Part shown: piece by piece, positions 38,484 through 39,864 of the stretch
How positions within the stretch are numbered: the stretch's first letter is position 1
How the letters are laid out: each line of letters starts with the position of its first letter
From: Gammaproteobacteria bacterium
Lineage (GTDB): Bacteria; Pseudomonadota; Gammaproteobacteria; SZUA-229
DNA: 39,864 bases
Assembly: GCA_029880105.1 (NCBI GenBank)
Contig: JAOUPA010000002.1
Coordinates: 1-39,864, forward strand
Direction of reading: 5' to 3'
Translations under genes and position numbers: made by a program
Notes under the pieces: model-generated
Databases searched by the model: none
Told to the model about the DNA's origin: nothing
What the model saw: the letters and a program-made list of their open reading frames with translations, nothing else

Positions 38484-39864
38484 ATGTGTGGTATCGCTGG
38501 TATCGTTGCTCATTCACCGGTCAATATTGATCTGTACGAGTCCCTGTCTGTTCTGCAGCACCGAGGCCAGGACGCAGCGGGTATTATGACCTGTGAGAAT
38601 GGGCGATTCTTCATGCGCAAGGGTAATGGCCTGGCGCGCGATGTATTCTATAGTCAGCATATTGCAAAGCTGGTGGGTAATATGGGTATTGCCCATGTGC
38701 GTTACCCCACAGCGGGCTGTTCATCTTCACTGGAAGCCCAGCCTTTTTATGTGAATTCTCCTTACGGTATTGCGCTGGCGCACAATGGTAACCTGACCAA
38801 TACAGAAAAACTCAAGGAAGAGCTGTTCCTCGATGACCTGCGTCATCTCAATACCGAATCTGATACAGAGGCGCTGCTCAATGTTTTTGCACATGAGCTA
38901 AATATACTGGCCAAACCGGCTTTTGATCGCGATGATATTTTTAAGGCGGTGTCGGGCGTACATCGTCGCTGCCGTGGTGGTTATGCCGTTGTTGCCATGA
39001 TTGTCGGCAAGGGTATCCTGGCATTCCGTGATCCCAATGGTATTCGTCCGATCGTTTATGGCAAACGTGAAACATCAAAAGGCATTGAGTACATGGTCGC
39101 TTCAGAAAGCGTTGCCCTACAGGCACAGGGTTTTGAACTGGTACGTGACCTGGCACCGGGTGAAGCCATCTTTATCGATCAGGAATGTAACCTGTATAGC
39201 CAGCAGTGCGCCGAAAATCCAAAACTGGTGCCATGCATTTTTGAGTATGTCTATTTTGCCCGTCCCGATTCTATTATCGACAACGTGTCTGTTTATAAAT
39301 CACGTTTGCGCATGGGTAAAAATCTGGTACAGAAGATATTGCGTGAACGCCATGATCACGATATTGATGTTGTGATTCCGATTCCAGATACCAGTCGTAG
39401 TACTGCGCTGGAAGTCGCATTTCATCTTAATGTGAAATATCGCGAAGGTTTTATTAAGAATCGTTATATCGGCCGTACTTTCATTATGCCCGGCCAGAAA
39501 GAACGCAAGAAATCGGTGCGTCAGAAACTGAATCCAATCGATCTGGAGTTTGCCGGTAAAAATGTACTGCTGGTGGATGACTCTATTGTACGTGGTACTA
39601 CATCTAAGCAGATTATCCAGATGGCGCGAGAAGCGGGTGCGAATAAGGTTTATATGGCTTCGGCAGCGCCACCGGTGCGGCACCCCAATGTGTATGGTAT
39701 AGATATGCCGTCACCTGAAGAGTTTGTTGCGCATAACAGAACTGTTGAAGAAATTGCAGAGGTGATTGGCGCCGACTGGCTAATTTATCAGGACCTGGAA
39801 GATCTGATTGAGGCAGTAAGAAAGGGCAACAAGGAGCTCAAGGAATTTGATTGTTCGTGTTTCA
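38484..39864 (+). CDS. purF: Amidophosphoribosyltransferase, N-terminal ~460 aa (3' end outside window; not in the supplied ORF track)
   Basis: Hand translation from ATG 38484: [36 protein letters not shown]...[14 protein letters not shown]...[20 protein letters not shown]. Later come ...[17 protein letters not shown]. The frame stays open to the window end. Confidence 0.93.
   Translation, partial: MCGIAGIVAHSPVNIDLYESLSVLQHRGQDAAGIMTCENGRFFMRKGNGLARDVFYSQHIAKLVGNMGIAHVRYPTAGCSSSLEAQPFYVNSPYGIALAHNGNLTNTEKLKEELFLDDLRHLNTESDTEALLNVFAHELNILAKPAFDRDDIFKAVSGVHRRCRGGYAVVAMIVGKGILAFRDPNGIRPIVYGKRETSKGIEYMVASESVALQAQGFELVRDLAPGEAIFIDQECNLYSQQCAENPKLVPCIFEYVYFARPDSIIDNVSVYKSRLRMGKNLVQKILRERHDHDIDVVIPIPDTSRSTALEVAFHLNVKYREGFIKNRYIGRTFIMPGQKERKKSVRQKLNPIDLEFAGKNVLLVDDSIVRGTTSKQIIQMAREAGANKVYMASAAPPVRHPNVYGIDMPSPEEFVAHNRTVEEIAEVIGADWLIYQDLEDLIEAVRKGNKELKEFDCSCF

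Noticed and set aside
39300-39683. 127-aa minus-strand ORF, and a 124-aa plus-strand ORF (39001-39375), near the window end
   Set aside because: Both lie inside the purF reading frame, which is open from 38484 to the window end and shows unmistakable PurF motifs. They are off-frame or antisense artefacts.
1-39864. Search for CRISPR arrays, IS elements/transposases, integrases, tRNA/rRNA genes, toxin-antitoxin pairs or recognisable defence genes
   Set aside because: I saw no direct-repeat/spacer arrays, no transposase- or integrase-like translations, and no tRNA-like T-arm (GGTTCGAATCC-type) sequences in intergenic regions. The window reads as a core chromosome. This was a by-eye scan, so short or degenerate elements could have been missed.

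Overview
This window looks like conserved chromosomal core from a gammaproteobacterium, at roughly 45-50% GC by eye. I found no rRNA or tRNA genes, CRISPR arrays, transposases, integrases or phage genes. Gene order, 5' to 3': parC (5'-truncated); a three-gene c-di-GMP cluster; the complete EF-P beta-lysylation module epmB / efp / epmA; a small poorly characterised block; a copper chaperone gene followed by psd; prmB-aroC; an MFS transporter; a redoxin; an AcuC/HDAC-family gene broken by an in-frame TAA; a large secreted pentaheme c-type cytochrome with TSP3/dockerin-type calcium repeats; then a LysR regulator with leuC-(small lipoprotein)-leuD-(DUF2846 lipoprotein)-leuB-asd-fimV-truA-trpF-trpB-trpA-accD-folC-dedD-like-cvpA-purF (3'-truncated and missing from the ORF track). 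The c-di-GMP cluster holds a membrane GGDEF-EAL protein, a FimX-like REC-PAS-degenerate GGDEF-EAL protein, and a 606-aa PilZ-like protein. The poorly characterised block holds a 165-aa hypothetical, a CPHC thioredoxin-fold domain fused to a polytopic membrane domain, and a DUF1456/YehS-like gene coupled to a small zinc-ribbon gene. From memory, the leuB-asd-fimV-truA-trpF-accD-folC-cvpA-purF order and the parC...fimX...psd neighbourhood both resemble Pseudomonas aeruginosa. No obvious defence island or mobile system is visible. The most unusual items are: (i) the FimX-like gene and its upstream partner, whose PilZ signature is split; (ii) the heme-rich exported protein with dockerin-like repeats; (iii) the nonsense-interrupted deacetylase; (iv) the thioredoxin-membrane fusion; and (v) a small lipoprotein gene translationally coupled inside leuCD. 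All calls rest on reading the translations and motifs. No database search was possible.
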